Source: a virus
Taxonomy: Duplodnaviria; Caudoviricetes
Virus record (IMG/VR): IMGVR_UViG_3300030433_001901
Location: 39,767-103,766 of that record
Strand: one strand, 5' to 3'
DNA length: 64,000 bases
Shown here: positions 1 through 11,100 of the stretch, piece by piece
Layout of the letters: every line of letters starts with the position of its first letter
Numbering within the stretch: position 1 is the first letter of the stretch
Notes under the pieces: model-generated
Seen by the model: only the letters and a program-made list of their open reading frames with translations
Told to the model about the DNA's origin: nothing
Databases searched by the model: none
Translations under genes and position numbers: made by a program

Positions 1-1674
1 GTCGGAAGCAATGACGGTCATGGATAATTCATACTCCATTGCTTTTTCAATCATAATGTTAGCATTCCTTGACCCACCGAATGGTATTTGCTCAAGAGAA
101 CTACCAGCGGTATTGCGTGATTCTGCTTGACTGTTGCCGCGAATAGTATAAATTGCTTCGGCATTGTTGTTGCCGCTTAGAGCAAAGTTTGTCACTTGCG
201 CGATATTAATTCCAAATGAACTAATTTGTCCATTGTAAAAGAAAAATGGTTTTTCTGTATTAGGTGCGATACCTGCTTTCTTTCTATTTACTGTGCTATT
301 ACCAACATTCTCAAACATTCGGTGTGCTGTGAATCGGTCGCCTTTGTTGCTGTCTTCAAGACGGCCTGTGTCGGTGTAGCAGTAAAGCGCATCAAAGTTG
401 ACAGTTAACTTAACTTCTGCATCTGCGTCTGCCGCGAGAGAGAAGTCTTTAACCTTACAACCTTTCCAAACGCGCGTAAGTTGCTTGCTATCATTCACCG
501 AACCCGGTGCCGCAAGACCTTCGCCACTTGCATTAAATGAACCAGTATTGTGTGTGCGAATACTGGATTCTATTGCGAAAGATGGGAGAGTAGCACCGGA
601 GAATAGAAGTCGTGATTGGCGGTTAGTGATTTTTCCATAGTTAGCGGCAGTTGTGTCAAAATTTGGTGAACCGTCGGCAGAACCGGGCATGTATTTGACC
701 CTCTTGAAACTATAAGTGCCGCTATCATGATTGAAATAAAATGGCTCATCAACATGTATTCTTCTTAAATTAGGGTCTATGTATAACACTTGGCGAATTT
801 CGTTTCGCTCGGTGTTCTCCATATCTATACCAAGACCATCAGCACCCCATTCTTTTGATGCGGCGGCAGGTGTGTCCTTCGGGAAATCTGTTGCTGTGCT
901 ATCAACAACGATGATATACTCACCAGCAGTAATATTAGAAATTGCACCTGTGTAAGCAATAAAAGTATCACCAGCCGCGATGTCCACCTTGCCGCCTACT
1001 GATGGGTCGCCGCTCATTGTAGTGGAAGGCACATCAATTACTTCGCGCCCAAGTGAATAATACAACCAACGCGCGCTGTTCATCATTGTTTCAATAGAGC
1101 CACCTTCGTTAGAAAATCGCTGTGGTTCTTGAATAACAACATCACGACCAACACCGACAATGTGGGAGCGTCTAATTTCCACTTTCGTTTCCGGTAGCGC
1201 GACGGTTGCCGCAAGACCGATAAACTGGTCAGTAAGAACCGACTCATCGGAAGAAGCGGCTTGAGCATGGTAAGTCATACCTGTGTCAATTGTTGGTGTT
1301 CCTATGGTATCAATAAGTAATTCATCATGAGTAGTTGAAGTGGTGCTTACTTCTTTCATAGCAGGTGATACGGTAAGTGTTTTGCCGCTGTTTGCAACAA
1401 TAGTATAGACATGACCGTTTGTTGCGTTATCATCGTCGGTAAAATTACCAGCACCGACAACGCGAAGTTGTGAACCAACAAGCATACCAACAGGGTATTT
1501 CAAATTAGATGAGCCGTCAAAGAAACCTTGATTCGCGCCGCTGAATGTAATAGTCGTCCCTGTTGCATCAGTCTGCCATTGAAGTGCGCCGAAGCCACCA
1601 TGCTTTAATGCTAATCCACATTCTTTACCGAATGTCACTTCGGATATGTCCCCTTTATACACCGTTGATGCCAT
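1..1674 (-). CDS. Major tail tube protein (3' end runs off the window; absent from ORF track)
   Basis: Hand translation from ATG 1674 gives MASTVYKGDISEVTFGKE, open in all segments checked. Tube-like motifs LPETKVEIRRSHIVGVGRD, LPSFAIESSIR and TRVWKGCKVKDFSL. Lies downstream of the neck genes. Confidence 0.7.
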   Translation of the reverse strand, partial: MASTVYKGDISEVTFGKECGLALKHGGFGALQWQTDATGTTITFSGANQGFFDGSSNLKYPVGMLVGSQLRVVGAGNFTDDDNATNGHVYTIVANSGKTLTVSPAMKEVSTTSTTHDELLIDTIGTPTIDTGMTYHAQAASSDESVLTDQFIGLAATVALPETKVEIRRSHIVGVGRDVVIQEPQRFSNEGGSIETMMNSARWLYYSLGREVIDVPSTTMSGDPSVGGKVDIAAGDTFIAYTGAISNITAGEYIIVVDSTATDFPKDTPAAASKEWGADGLGIDMENTERNEIRQVLYIDPNLRRIHVDEPFYFNHDSGTYSFKRVKYMPGSADGSPNFDTTAANYGKITNRQSRLLFSGATLPSFAIESSIRTHNTGSFNASGEGLAAPGSVNDSKQLTRVWKGCKVKDFSLAADADAEVKLTVNFDALYCYTDTGRLEDSNKGDRFTAHRMFENVGNSTVNRKKAGIAPNTEKPFFFYNGQISSFGINIAQVTNFALSGNNNAEAIYTIRGNSQAESRNTAGSSLEQIPFGGSRNANIMIEKAMEYELSMTVIASD

Positions 1675-1693
1675 ATTATCAGTCCGCCTTACT

Positions 1694-2134
1694 TCACGCG
1701 ATGAGTTCACTAAAGATAACTATTTCCACTTGGAAGGTCATTCTATGCAACCTCTTTGTCCGGTCGGAGAGGTCAGTCCGCATCTTATAGAGTAATCGGT
1801 CAAAATTCGCGCCATCACCCTTTCTTTGGCTATGCACGATGCGCCGAATCTCATCTTCCATCTTCATGAGATGCTTTCTCCCGCTCATTGTTCGCGCATC
1901 AACCGTGATATTGATTCGCGTGTGGACAAAATCATAGAACACTTCCGGCTGTTCTTCATTGTGGACAGTTTCATACAGCAGTATAGCGTCTTTATGGGTA
2001 AGGTCAAGACGCTTACCACGCCCAGCCTCAACAGTTGTAATATCATCAATGATAGGAGTTCGCTGGTCTGTGTTGCCGCGATTCCACCCATCGCTAAGAA
2101 TTTTTTTAATTAGTTCAACAGATTCAAGAGCCAA
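1694..2134 (-). CDS. Putative tail terminator/neck protein
   Basis: 146 aa, directly upstream of the tail tube; alpha/beta pattern ending HRMTFQVEIV. Mainly positional. Confidence 0.5.
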   Translation of the reverse strand: MALESVELIKKILSDGWNRGNTDQRTPIIDDITTVEAGRGKRLDLTHKDAILLYETVHNEEQPEVFYDFVHTRINITVDARTMSGRKHLMKMEDEIRRIVHSQRKGDGANFDRLLYKMRTDLSDRTKRLHRMTFQVEIVIFSELIA

Positions 2135-2396
2135 TCAAATCACTTCCTATGCTTGATTGTGCGCGTGCTTGTTTTTTCGCCGCGTTGATAATATTTTGAT
2201 AGTCGGGGTGTTTTTCGTCCATGACTTTACCATTCGCGTCAATCAACTCTCCTTCCCCATTGACCGCCGCTCCGTAAAGACTGGCTGTTGCATCAAGAAA
2301 GATTCGCCCACTATCATTGAAGATAGACATTTCACGCGCTTGTTTAATAGGTTCTGTGAGAGCCTGTGCGATAGCCTTCTTGATTATTTCTTCCAT
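2124..2396 (-). CDS. Hypothetical protein (neck region)
   Basis: 90-aa ORF tightly packed in the operon with a GGTG RBS. Confidence 0.55.
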   Translation of the reverse strand: MEEIIKKAIAQALTEPIKQAREMSIFNDSGRIFLDATASLYGAAVNGEGELIDANGKVMDEKHPDYQNIINAAKKQARAQSSIGSDLIGS

Positions 2397-2400
2397 ACTA

Positions 2401-3984
2401 TCACAACACCGTCATTACTTCTGTATAGCGTGGTAGTGTTTCAGCCACCTGCGCCTTGAATAGTTGATACTTGCTACCCAAGTCAACATTCTGTGTTCCT
2501 TCGGGTAGTAGCACGCTTCGGTCGTCGGACAGTATCAAGTCCATCGCGACCAACTTGGTGCATATATCTTCAATCGCTTTCTCAACATATCGCTCACCAT
2601 AGACATACGATACCTTGACTGCGTTCCATGAGAAATAAGGGTATGAGTTGTTGAAGTAAATAACACCCATATCGTAGTCAGCCCACCAATCGCGAAGTCT
2701 TGCTTCATCACCTGTGGTTGTGCCGACATAATCAATCTTGAACTTCTTTTGTAAAAGTGTAGCACCATTGGTTGCCGCCGCGCTAATATCACCTACGAGG
2801 TCAATAACGCCGTTAAGTGTAGTTCCTGTAATACTTGTGTAGTATCCGTATGTCGCGCCAATGTTAATGATGCCGTATGGTGCAAGCCCTGTGACATCAT
2901 TAAGAACAATAGTAGTGGCTGTTGATGAAGACACAGTTTTACTTGTTTCGGTTGCCCCTGTAAATGTAATACCGGAAGATGTGCAAGCATAGGTGGCGTT
3001 TTCACCTGCTTCACCACGACGCATTGAAGTAATCTTTAATTGACCGCCTCCGTAATCAGCGTTTGCTGATGCCATAAACTCATGATGCACATTTGCTGTA
3101 ATTGTTCCGTCAGCCTCGGTCGTATCTTCAAATACAAACGATGGGCTAAACTCGGTAGCAGACTTGCCTTTGCGCGCATCTTTGTTGATGAGGTCAGCCA
3201 ACTGTTGTGCTGTGCTTACATTATCAAACTGTGCGCGGAACTTAGAAGCCCCATCACCAACGGTTAATGTTGCTACACCACCTCCACCGGGACACAAAAA
3301 GAGTTTATCTGTATCAGCAGTTAGTTGTGTAAAATCATCAACTTTTAATCTTATTTCAGCCGCGGCAATTTCGCGGTAATCTTGACCTTGCCATATTTCA
3401 AGTCGTAGTATTTGTTGAGCATTGCGGAACATCAAAGGAACAGAACCAACATAATCTGTATAGTATCTGCGGCGATATGGTTTGTAAGTATCAAAATTAA
3501 GATATTCAGCAGTCTGCAACATAGGTCGCCAAGCGTTATTTGTTAGGTTATCTATCTTATCTTGGGTGCGCAGAATAAGAGTTTCAACTTGTTTCTTTGT
3601 GATACCTTTACGCTTACCATTTGTGAATGATTGGAGGTTTTGCACCTGCGCATTGTCAGCCGTTGTGTAAGTTCCTGTCAAGGCGGGTGAAAATGTTAGA
3701 CGGACATTACCCGATGCTCTCGCGGGGTCTTGTGTTATCACCACCGTTTCACCCATTTCAGCGTCGCTGGTAATCTCAATCGTATCACCTTTTTCAAAAC
3801 CAACCAAACGAAAATCGGCTGGTGATATGTCAATATGAGTATTACCGTCATTAAGTGCTAAATAAACAGGGTCGGGAAATGGTATTTGCAAAATATCTGC
3901 TACTTTCTGTGGAGATGTGTAGTATATTCTGTTAGGAAATAGCGGTCTTCCTTCGCGCTCTCCTGTTTGAAATACTGTTGGCAT
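2401..3984 (-). CDS. Head-tail adaptor (gp6/gp15-like) with inserted beta-rich domains
   Basis: N-terminal YYTSPQKVADIL and LILRTQDKIDNLT, C-terminal VKVSYVYG..AIEDICTKLVA adaptor pattern; Thr/Gly-rich insertions. Confidence 0.6.
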   Translation of the reverse strand: MPTVFQTGEREGRPLFPNRIYYTSPQKVADILQIPFPDPVYLALNDGNTHIDISPADFRLVGFEKGDTIEITSDAEMGETVVITQDPARASGNVRLTFSPALTGTYTTADNAQVQNLQSFTNGKRKGITKKQVETLILRTQDKIDNLTNNAWRPMLQTAEYLNFDTYKPYRRRYYTDYVGSVPLMFRNAQQILRLEIWQGQDYREIAAAEIRLKVDDFTQLTADTDKLFLCPGGGGVATLTVGDGASKFRAQFDNVSTAQQLADLINKDARKGKSATEFSPSFVFEDTTEADGTITANVHHEFMASANADYGGGQLKITSMRRGEAGENATYACTSSGITFTGATETSKTVSSSTATTIVLNDVTGLAPYGIINIGATYGYYTSITGTTLNGVIDLVGDISAAATNGATLLQKKFKIDYVGTTTGDEARLRDWWADYDMGVIYFNNSYPYFSWNAVKVSYVYGERYVEKAIEDICTKLVAMDLILSDDRSVLLPEGTQNVDLGSKYQLFKAQVAETLPRYTEVMTVL

Positions 3985-4250
3985 TAAATCACCTCTTCTG
4001 TCTTAGCAAGATTGTAGTCCATTGGCTTCTTACAAGCACCGCAACGCTCAAGATAACAGAAGTGAAGCATACCGCAAAAACGGCATCGCGTTCCCGAACC
4101 AATGTTAACAATATCCCGTATGTTGCGCGTTTTCATGTTTTGACGCTTTACAACGCCTTTCAACTTATCGCGCTCATCGGTCTTGACCATTGACTCTTCG
4201 GCTTTACGCCAGCCCTGTTTCTCAAGTCGTCGGAGTTCTTGTATGTCCAT
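3984..4250 (-). CDS. Zinc-ribbon protein
   Basis: CRFCG...CGACK; start moved to ATG 4250, which follows a GGTGA RBS. Confidence 0.6.
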   Translation of the reverse strand: MDIQELRRLEKQGWRKAEESMVKTDERDKLKGVVKRQNMKTRNIRDIVNIGSGTRCRFCGMLHFCYLERCGACKKPMDYNLAKTEEVI

Positions 4251-4261
4251 GCCGTTCACCT

Positions 4262-4435
4262 TCAAGCGGTGACGACTACAACATATAAGTTGCCCTGCAT
4301 AGTATATGATGTTATACTCTCAACGGTTTTACTGTTGGTATAATCATCAAGAACCTTTTGGACTCCACCTGCAACTGACGCGCCTGTTTCACAAGCCTCG
4401 TTAGGTGTGAACTCAAACACTTTGGTATCGGACAA
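4262..4435 (-). CDS. Small hypothetical protein (57 aa, below ORF-track cutoff)
   Basis: TTG start after GGTGA; MSDTKVFEFTPNEAC...NLYVVVVTA*; fills the gap in the operon. Confidence 0.6.
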   Translation of the reverse strand: MSDTKVFEFTPNEACETGASVAGGVQKVLDDYTNSKTVESITSYTMQGNLYVVVVTA

Positions 4436-4446
4436 GGTGAATCACC

Positions 4447-4692
4447 TTATCTCTTACCAAGTGCGAACAGTCTGCCACCATCAGCGTGTGAAATATCAGT
4501 AAAGTGAACCACTAACCCTGCTATCTTCGCTACACTTGCAGTTCCTAACTTATTAGAAGGTTGAACTTGCACCATGAGTATTTCGCTCATGAAATCGCTA
4601 AGGTCAATTTCTGTGTCGCCATTCGCTACTGTTCCGGTAATTGCTATCAAATCGCCTAATGTATGTGGTCTATTATCACTTGTAAATGCCAT
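4447..4692 (-). CDS. Putative small virion/decoration protein
   Basis: 81 aa, beta-rich, in the operon after the MCP. Confidence 0.5.
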   Translation of the reverse strand: MAFTSDNRPHTLGDLIAITGTVANGDTEIDLSDFMSEILMVQVQPSNKLGTASVAKIAGLVVHFTDISHADGGRLFALGKR

Positions 4693-4694
4693 AA

Positions 4695-5066
4695 TTATTC
4701 ATCTCCTGTTGTATCTGCTTCTTCGCCTTCGGTTATAGACTCTTCGGGTGGATTGAGATGTGTTTCAATCGCCGCGAGCAACTTGGCTTTGGTGGAGAGC
4801 GCGGAGTATTCAATTCCCTTCTCATCACACCAAGCCATAATATCACCCTTCTTCCAACCCATATCGGGGATACCGTCATTTCCAAGGTCAACTGATTCAA
4901 AGGTATGCCCTTTGATTACAAAGTCTGCCCCGTCAACAGCGGCGCGGTTTGTATCAAGCCATTCAGCCGATACTTCAACCTCTTTACCCCAAGTCCACCA
5001 ACCTAAACGACCCATGTTCGCGCCAGCGCGTCGTGAGCCTTTGTAAGTTATAGTTGGCAGAAGCAA
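4695..5066 (-). CDS. HeH/LEM-like domain protein
   Basis: WKKGDIMAWCDEKGIEYSALSTKAKLLAAI helix-extension-helix motif. Confidence 0.6.
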   Translation of the reverse strand: MLLPTITYKGSRRAGANMGRLGWWTWGKEVEVSAEWLDTNRAAVDGADFVIKGHTFESVDLGNDGIPDMGWKKGDIMAWCDEKGIEYSALSTKAKLLAAIETHLNPPEESITEGEEADTTGDE

Positions 5067-5071
5067 TCACC

Positions 5072-5485
5072 TCAAGCCACAAGAACCCAAATGGTCGCGT
5101 TGCTGGTGTCGTTGGTAGTTCCGTCAGTCGTTGCTTCACAATCAGCAGTCAGCACAAGGGCGGCTGTTTTGGCTACGCCAAGATTGGCGGTCGCGTCGGA
5201 GCCGTGTGCAATTACGCTTAGAATGACATTTACGCCACCGCTAAAAGTAATGGTTTCTGCTTCTGCAAGATTACCAAGTGTTAAACACAACAATCGCGGT
5301 TGCATTCGGTTTGCACCATCAGTTTGACGCGGTTCAAACGAGTCCAAAGCACCCGGATAGTTTGCACCAAACCATGTAGTATCATCTTGGTCAACACCTG
5401 CTTGAAGTGGAAGGTCGTAATCAATATTGATTGTTGCACTTCCGCTGGTCGTTACTGTTATTCCTCTATGTGTATCATTTGCCAT
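5072..5485 (-). CDS. Putative capsid decoration/minor virion protein
   Basis: 137 aa, Thr/Ala/Gly-rich beta protein immediately after the MCP; GAGGTGA RBS. Confidence 0.5.
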   Translation of the reverse strand: MANDTHRGITVTTSGSATINIDYDLPLQAGVDQDDTTWFGANYPGALDSFEPRQTDGANRMQPRLLCLTLGNLAEAETITFSGGVNVILSVIAHGSDATANLGVAKTAALVLTADCEATTDGTTNDTSNATIWVLVA

Positions 5486-5496
5486 ATCTAATCACC

Positions 5497-6645
5497 TCAT
5501 TGTAAGTCGCGAATGCTACCACTTGCACCGAAGAAAGAACACCATAGTTCTCCCATAGTTCTGTAAAGTCCTTCTTGTCCAAGACGGTTAATCGCGAATG
5601 GGTCGCCAGTTTCTATACCGGATTCATAATATTGAGTTGGGATAGCAGTTTGGAACCATAGGTAATCTGTGTCAAGGTAATACATACGAGATAGTGAACC
5701 TGCACCATCTTGTGGCATGTCTTTGGTTGGGATAATTGGGACACCATTATAGGTAGCCACAATGAAACCAGCCTCAAGCCCCGGAACACCCTTTACACCG
5801 TTATAGGTTGGTGTGATTCTCTTGCTGTCCATGAATCTTTGTTGGGATTGTAGCAACTGTTGAACTCTCATTAGAGTATCATATCCAGTTAGCATAACCT
5901 TTGGATTACCACCACGGGTCCATAGTTGTTGGAACAATCCGTCAAGTTGGTTTAAAGATAGGTTTCTGTTAGTGCTTGAACTGCTTGAAACATCAACTTC
6001 CGCGCTGTGGAAATCTGCGCTTCCGTCGCGAGTAATGGAGTAAATGTCGTGGTCAGTGGTTGCGCTTACATGGCCTGTTCCTGTTGTCATCTTGTCCGGG
6101 TCGGAAGTTAATCTGTCAAGAGATTCAAAGTCGTTTCCAACTGGTGTGTCAACATCTTCAAGAAGCATTCTGTTAATGTGTTCAGCGTGGTGCTTACCCA
6201 TTTCTTCTTTCAAGACTTGTCGGACATCGCCCAATCCATCGTCCTTATCGGAAAGGAACATGCTCACTTCGGATAGGTCAAAAGTGTGCGCGATGGTCTT
6301 TGGCTTTGCGGCTACATGTAGAAACTCCGGCTTAGAAGTGTCCGGTAGTGTTCCGTTCTCCGCGATTCCTCCACCCTTGGTAAAGTCAGCACGACCAGTT
6401 AGAATTCTCCAACCACTTCTTTCCCACGGCTTCTTTGGTAGTATAGAAAACGCATTGAATTCTTGGTTCAATTGCGACCATACTTTTCTGCCGTATATTG
6501 CTTGGTATGTTCCAGCAGTAGTGGACAATAGAGGCGCGTCTGCCTTTAGAATGTCCCCGCTACCATAAGTATATCCTGTTTGAGAAGCACCGCCGTAGTA
6601 ATACCTCTCCATGTCTTGCACTGTTCTTACATAATTTCTTGCCAT
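5497..6645 (-). CDS. Major capsid protein (HK97 fold)
   Basis: 382 aa after the protease/scaffold. GGGIAENGTLP, PKTIAHTFDLSE, TYNGVPII and MYYLDTDYL match HK97-type MCP patterns; probable maturation site DILK/ADA. Confidence 0.9.
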   Translation of the reverse strand: MARNYVRTVQDMERYYYGGASQTGYTYGSGDILKADAPLLSTTAGTYQAIYGRKVWSQLNQEFNAFSILPKKPWERSGWRILTGRADFTKGGGIAENGTLPDTSKPEFLHVAAKPKTIAHTFDLSEVSMFLSDKDDGLGDVRQVLKEEMGKHHAEHINRMLLEDVDTPVGNDFESLDRLTSDPDKMTTGTGHVSATTDHDIYSITRDGSADFHSAEVDVSSSSSTNRNLSLNQLDGLFQQLWTRGGNPKVMLTGYDTLMRVQQLLQSQQRFMDSKRITPTYNGVKGVPGLEAGFIVATYNGVPIIPTKDMPQDGAGSLSRMYYLDTDYLWFQTAIPTQYYESGIETGDPFAINRLGQEGLYRTMGELWCSFFGASGSIRDLQ

Positions 6646-8084
6646 CAGTATTCACCTCCGTTCAACGCTTTGTTTGCAAGTCTGTGAACATCGTCCCATG
6701 TCATGTCTGCAAGTTCAGCGGTTTCGGGAATTGTGACAGTCGCGCTGTTAGCGGACTTTGCTATTGTTGTTGCTGTTGAAGAAACATTGTCAATTCTGTC
6801 GTTTAGAGCAAGAACAGCCTTTTGTAGTTCAACAAGAGGTGCGCGAGCATCAAATTCATTCTTTGCTATTGCATCTGCTTCTTGCTTCTGTTCTTTTAGG
6901 AACCTTTCTGTGAAGTTGTTGTTTAGGTCAGCCTTGAATTGTTGTTCCATTGCCGCCGCTTTATACACTTCATACGCCGCTTCTATTTCACTTGGTGAAA
7001 CATTGTGTGCGTTTAGGTAGTCGCTCTTAATTACATTCTTATTTCCTGTTGGAGCGGAGCCGAAGTTTGGTTGTGGCCTCTTAGGGGAGTCGTCTTCACC
7101 TGCTCCTTCAAGAGAACCTTGTCCACGCATGTCAAATGCGCTTTCGCCCGGTCCGTATCCTTTACTGAAATGGTCGCGCGCCGCAGACGGGTCAAAACCC
7201 GCGCTTTTTGCGGTCTGCTCTAACCAAGTCAAATAATCGCTCGTTATCATATCATCTGCTTTGTTTGTCATATCATCACCATAGTTCATGTCTTCCATGT
7301 CCTCGTCGTCGTCATCTTCCTTCTTGTCTTTTCGCGCTTCTATCAACGGCTCTTTTCTGTTATCATCACCGTCAACATCTTTCGTGTCAAGAAGGTCCTC
7401 AATGCCTTTGTCTTTGGACTCTTTATCTTCATCTTTCTTTTTATCATCAGCCATCATAGCCTTGTCTTTTTCTTCCTTGTCTTTGTCCTTGTCGTCAAGT
7501 TTCTTTGACAAGCGTTCAAGGACACTTTGCAATTCGCTCATTGTGTTTGTCATATTATCACCTGTGTCCTCCTTGAGAATCCTAAATTGCGCTTCGGGAT
7601 TAATACCCTTCTCACAAATTGTCACCTCATGGAGTTCCATACGACGGATTTCGCGGTAATCACCGCGAGTTTGGTCGCTCTTGTTAACGCGCTCAAATGC
7701 TTGACCGCCAATAGAGAACGAGCGCAAGTTCCCTTTGCGGATTTCGGAAGCCACTTCGCGTGCCTTCTCTATGTCGCCGCGTAGTTTGATAACTACAAAC
7801 ATACCTGTGTCGTCCACTTCGGACTTCCAAACACGGCCACTTGAATCTGTGTAGGAAGGAATGACACTTCCTACTTGAATATTAGAATGAGCAAGTTGAA
7901 CATTGCGGAATCCATCTGCTTTCATAAATTTACCAAAAGCATCTTTCAAAGCACCGCGAGTAATTAAATCGCCTTGCTTGTCAACCATCTCAACAGACGC
8001 ATATCCAGCAACAACAAGGTCATTACCAATACCCTTCAAAATGATAGGGTTGCTGGATACAGACGGTGCCGCAAGAATCGCCAT
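6645..8084 (-). CDS. Prohead protease (HK97 type) fused to scaffolding domain
   Basis: GYASVEMVDKQGD, AHSNIQVG (His), SFSIGG (Ser), ELHEVTICEKGINPEA; long charged/coiled C-terminal half. Confidence 0.9.
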   Translation of the reverse strand: MAILAAPSVSSNPIILKGIGNDLVVAGYASVEMVDKQGDLITRGALKDAFGKFMKADGFRNVQLAHSNIQVGSVIPSYTDSSGRVWKSEVDDTGMFVVIKLRGDIEKAREVASEIRKGNLRSFSIGGQAFERVNKSDQTRGDYREIRRMELHEVTICEKGINPEAQFRILKEDTGDNMTNTMSELQSVLERLSKKLDDKDKDKEEKDKAMMADDKKKDEDKESKDKGIEDLLDTKDVDGDDNRKEPLIEARKDKKEDDDDEDMEDMNYGDDMTNKADDMITSDYLTWLEQTAKSAGFDPSAARDHFSKGYGPGESAFDMRGQGSLEGAGEDDSPKRPQPNFGSAPTGNKNVIKSDYLNAHNVSPSEIEAAYEVYKAAAMEQQFKADLNNNFTERFLKEQKQEADAIAKNEFDARAPLVELQKAVLALNDRIDNVSSTATTIAKSANSATVTIPETAELADMTWDDVHRLANKALNGGEY

Positions 8085-8101
8085 TGCTCACGAACATAAT
8101 T

Positions 8102-11100
8102 TCATTGTATATCAATGGAACTGTTCTCAATCGCGACAACTCCATCGTCTTCAAGACGCGCGGTTTCGCCTTGACTTGTTCGCAGTCGCTTGGTTTTTTT
8201 CTTAGTAGCAGGTTTTAATTCATCATCTGTTCGCGATTGAGGGTCAAAGTCGGGCATAGTATCGTCGCGTATATTTTGTGTTGGTCCTCGCGGTGATTCA
8301 TCGGGTGTTGCATAATCCATTCCCAACCCTTGAACTCCTGTGCTTGTAATCTTCTCTTTACTAATATGTTCAAGACCGCGCTCAATCAACTCCAATCCAC
8401 GCTTGATAACTTCTTCTTCTTCATCAAGCACCTTCTTCGGTTTCTTGCTATGACCCGCTGGTGGTTCGGGGTCAACCTCGTCGTATTCGGGTTCTTCTTC
8501 ATCTCTTTTCAACAACCAAGCGGCTTTCGCACCCCAATACACTTCTTGGTCGCGTGCTAATTTGACAAGGTAATCGTTGCCCCAAATTGAAGATTGAGGC
8601 TCAACAAACCAATGTCCATCTTCTTTTCGTGTTTTACAAATAACCTCATCATCAAATGCAGGGAATAGAATAGTGATGTTGCCTTTCTTCATATTGACTT
8701 GTTGAGGAATATGGTGGTCGCCGCACATAATTGCAAGAGTTTCAACGCTGTCAGCGGCAAGTGGTTCATTGTCTGTTATCTTAGCAGACCGGATACGATA
8801 GACTGGATTATCTTTCTTAGAACTGCTTACACCTGTGCAACTAACAGTAGCAAAATCTCCAACCTTCAACCCGCGTGGTCCCTTCGCGCTTCCAACATTC
8901 ATGTAATGTTCATCACCAACTTGCTGTGCGCGCTTACCGTAATTTTCGGGGTGCATCAATGGACCAACACCAACTGTGTAATTTTTTCCGCTGGCTGATA
9001 AAATGACAACATCAACCATTTTTTCTTGAGTTAACAATACCCACTTAGGGTGGCGAGGTTCACCTTTCATATATGTAGCGTTAGCATCTCTAAGTAGTAT
9101 ATCCATATCATTTTCTTTTCTCAACCCTTCAACTGCTGTCTTCAACCCTTCATCATCACTACGCTTTGTGTTGATAGGTTCGGGCATCTTGATGTGTTCG
9201 CTGGATTCGTATTGAGCGCGAAGGTGGCGGATACGGTCTTTAGTCGGCATGTTATGTGTATCTTCATCACCCGTTTTAAGTAAATCAATTACTGTCATGA
9301 TACCGTCATGTAATATCGCGTGAACTATGAAATCTTTTTCATACACTTTGCTTACTTCTTCATTAAACACATCATCTAACTTAACTTCACCATCAACGCT
9401 ATACGCGCTTATCTTGTTATCTTTCTTAGTAGCAATGATGTGTTCACCATGCGGATATAGACTTATTACCCAATCGCCAGTAAAACCGCGCAGATGAGTC
9501 ATGTCTTCTAAATCAAAAATGCGATGCATGAATTTGATAGGTTGTGGTTTGCCGTCGTCTTTGATGATGAGGGTGTCGTCAAGCGCGACATCAAGAACAT
9601 ACGACGAGTATCTCATATTATCATCAGTTGACTGTAATGGTTCGGGTGAAGTAGCCATTGCTTGATTCACCGCTTGCCCCATACGGGTGTTCGGGTTTGG
9701 TTCTTGACCTTCGCTAAACTCCGCATAATCACCATAATATCTATCCCCTTGTTGAGCCGCAGTCAACGGCTTGAGGGAAGGGTTGACATATCTTCTCAAA
9801 TTCCGCGGAGCGAACAATCTTTGCTTAGGTAGTGTATTATAGGCGTGATTACTTTCGTCTTCAAGAAGCAACATACCATCATTTAACGCGTCCGGTCTTG
9901 CAACAAACGGCACATTCGTATTTTCACCGTAGTGGAATTTTTTGTGTGTGCTGGTAAATATAGGAACAACGGGCGCGTGGTCAAAGTTATGACCACCCAT
10001 AGGAGTCGCTTGTTCACCCGCTGTTGATTTATCAAGCATATCAGTTTTAGTGTCGCTACTAATCAAACTTGCTATATTTTGAATTGATTTTAACTTATTA
10101 AAATTCATAACCTTCTTAGTTTTAGGTGTGATAGTTTTATCAGTTATATTAGTGCCGCCACTAAAGAACTTCATGTTTTTGAAATCTAAAGCGACATCAC
10201 TACCCTTTCTTGTTTGTTGGTGAGCATTGTGTAATAATCTAAAAATTAAATCGCGCTCTTTGTCAAGACTGATTGTTTTACCGTCTTTATCAAGAATAGT
10301 TTGACCGCCACTTCTTAACTGTTCGCGACCATGAAAAATACCACCTTCGTTATAGACAAAATTATTACCACCCCTCTTAGGTATGTTGAGTATGTCAAAC
10401 AATCTTTTTCTTTCTGCGCCGCTTATAGGATTACCAGCCTCATTGATAGGATAATATCTCGCGGTAAATGCTTGGTTGAAAGTTATACCTTGCTCTTTCG
10501 CTGACTCTTTGACATTCTTTATTAGTTCATCAAAGATTCTTATTTCATCTTCATTAATGTTTTTAGCATCTTGAGCAAAATGTGTTAACGCTCTATACCC
10601 TTTTGGTTGAACGCCGCCGAATTTGCTATCAAGTATTTGTTTTGCATCTTCGTAGTCGGAACCTTCGTGTGTAGCGCGCATTGCCGATATACCCACTAAC
10701 TCATCAACTTCTTGTGAAGATAAATCAAATGATGCTTTTTTATCACCTAAACGGATATTGTCTTCTCCTGTGAATAATTTTTTTCTCGCATCGGGCGACA
10801 TTGTAAGTATTTGTTCTGCGAGTTTTAATGTATATGCAGTAGCCGCGTGCGCTTCGCGATTGTCTTTAGCAAATATGTTAGGGTATATTTTTTCAATCGC
10901 TGGGCGTAATGCTTTGAATATTTTTTCAACACCTAAGATAGTGTCAATATGATTCTGTATATGGTCTTCATCATTCTTTATTGAAGATTTGAAAGAAGGT
11001 TCGCGTTGCGCGATTTCACGGAGTTGTTGCATTCTTTTCTCAATAACATCTTGAAGAATCTCATCACCTGCATTACGAGCAATCTGTAAAGATTTACCTA

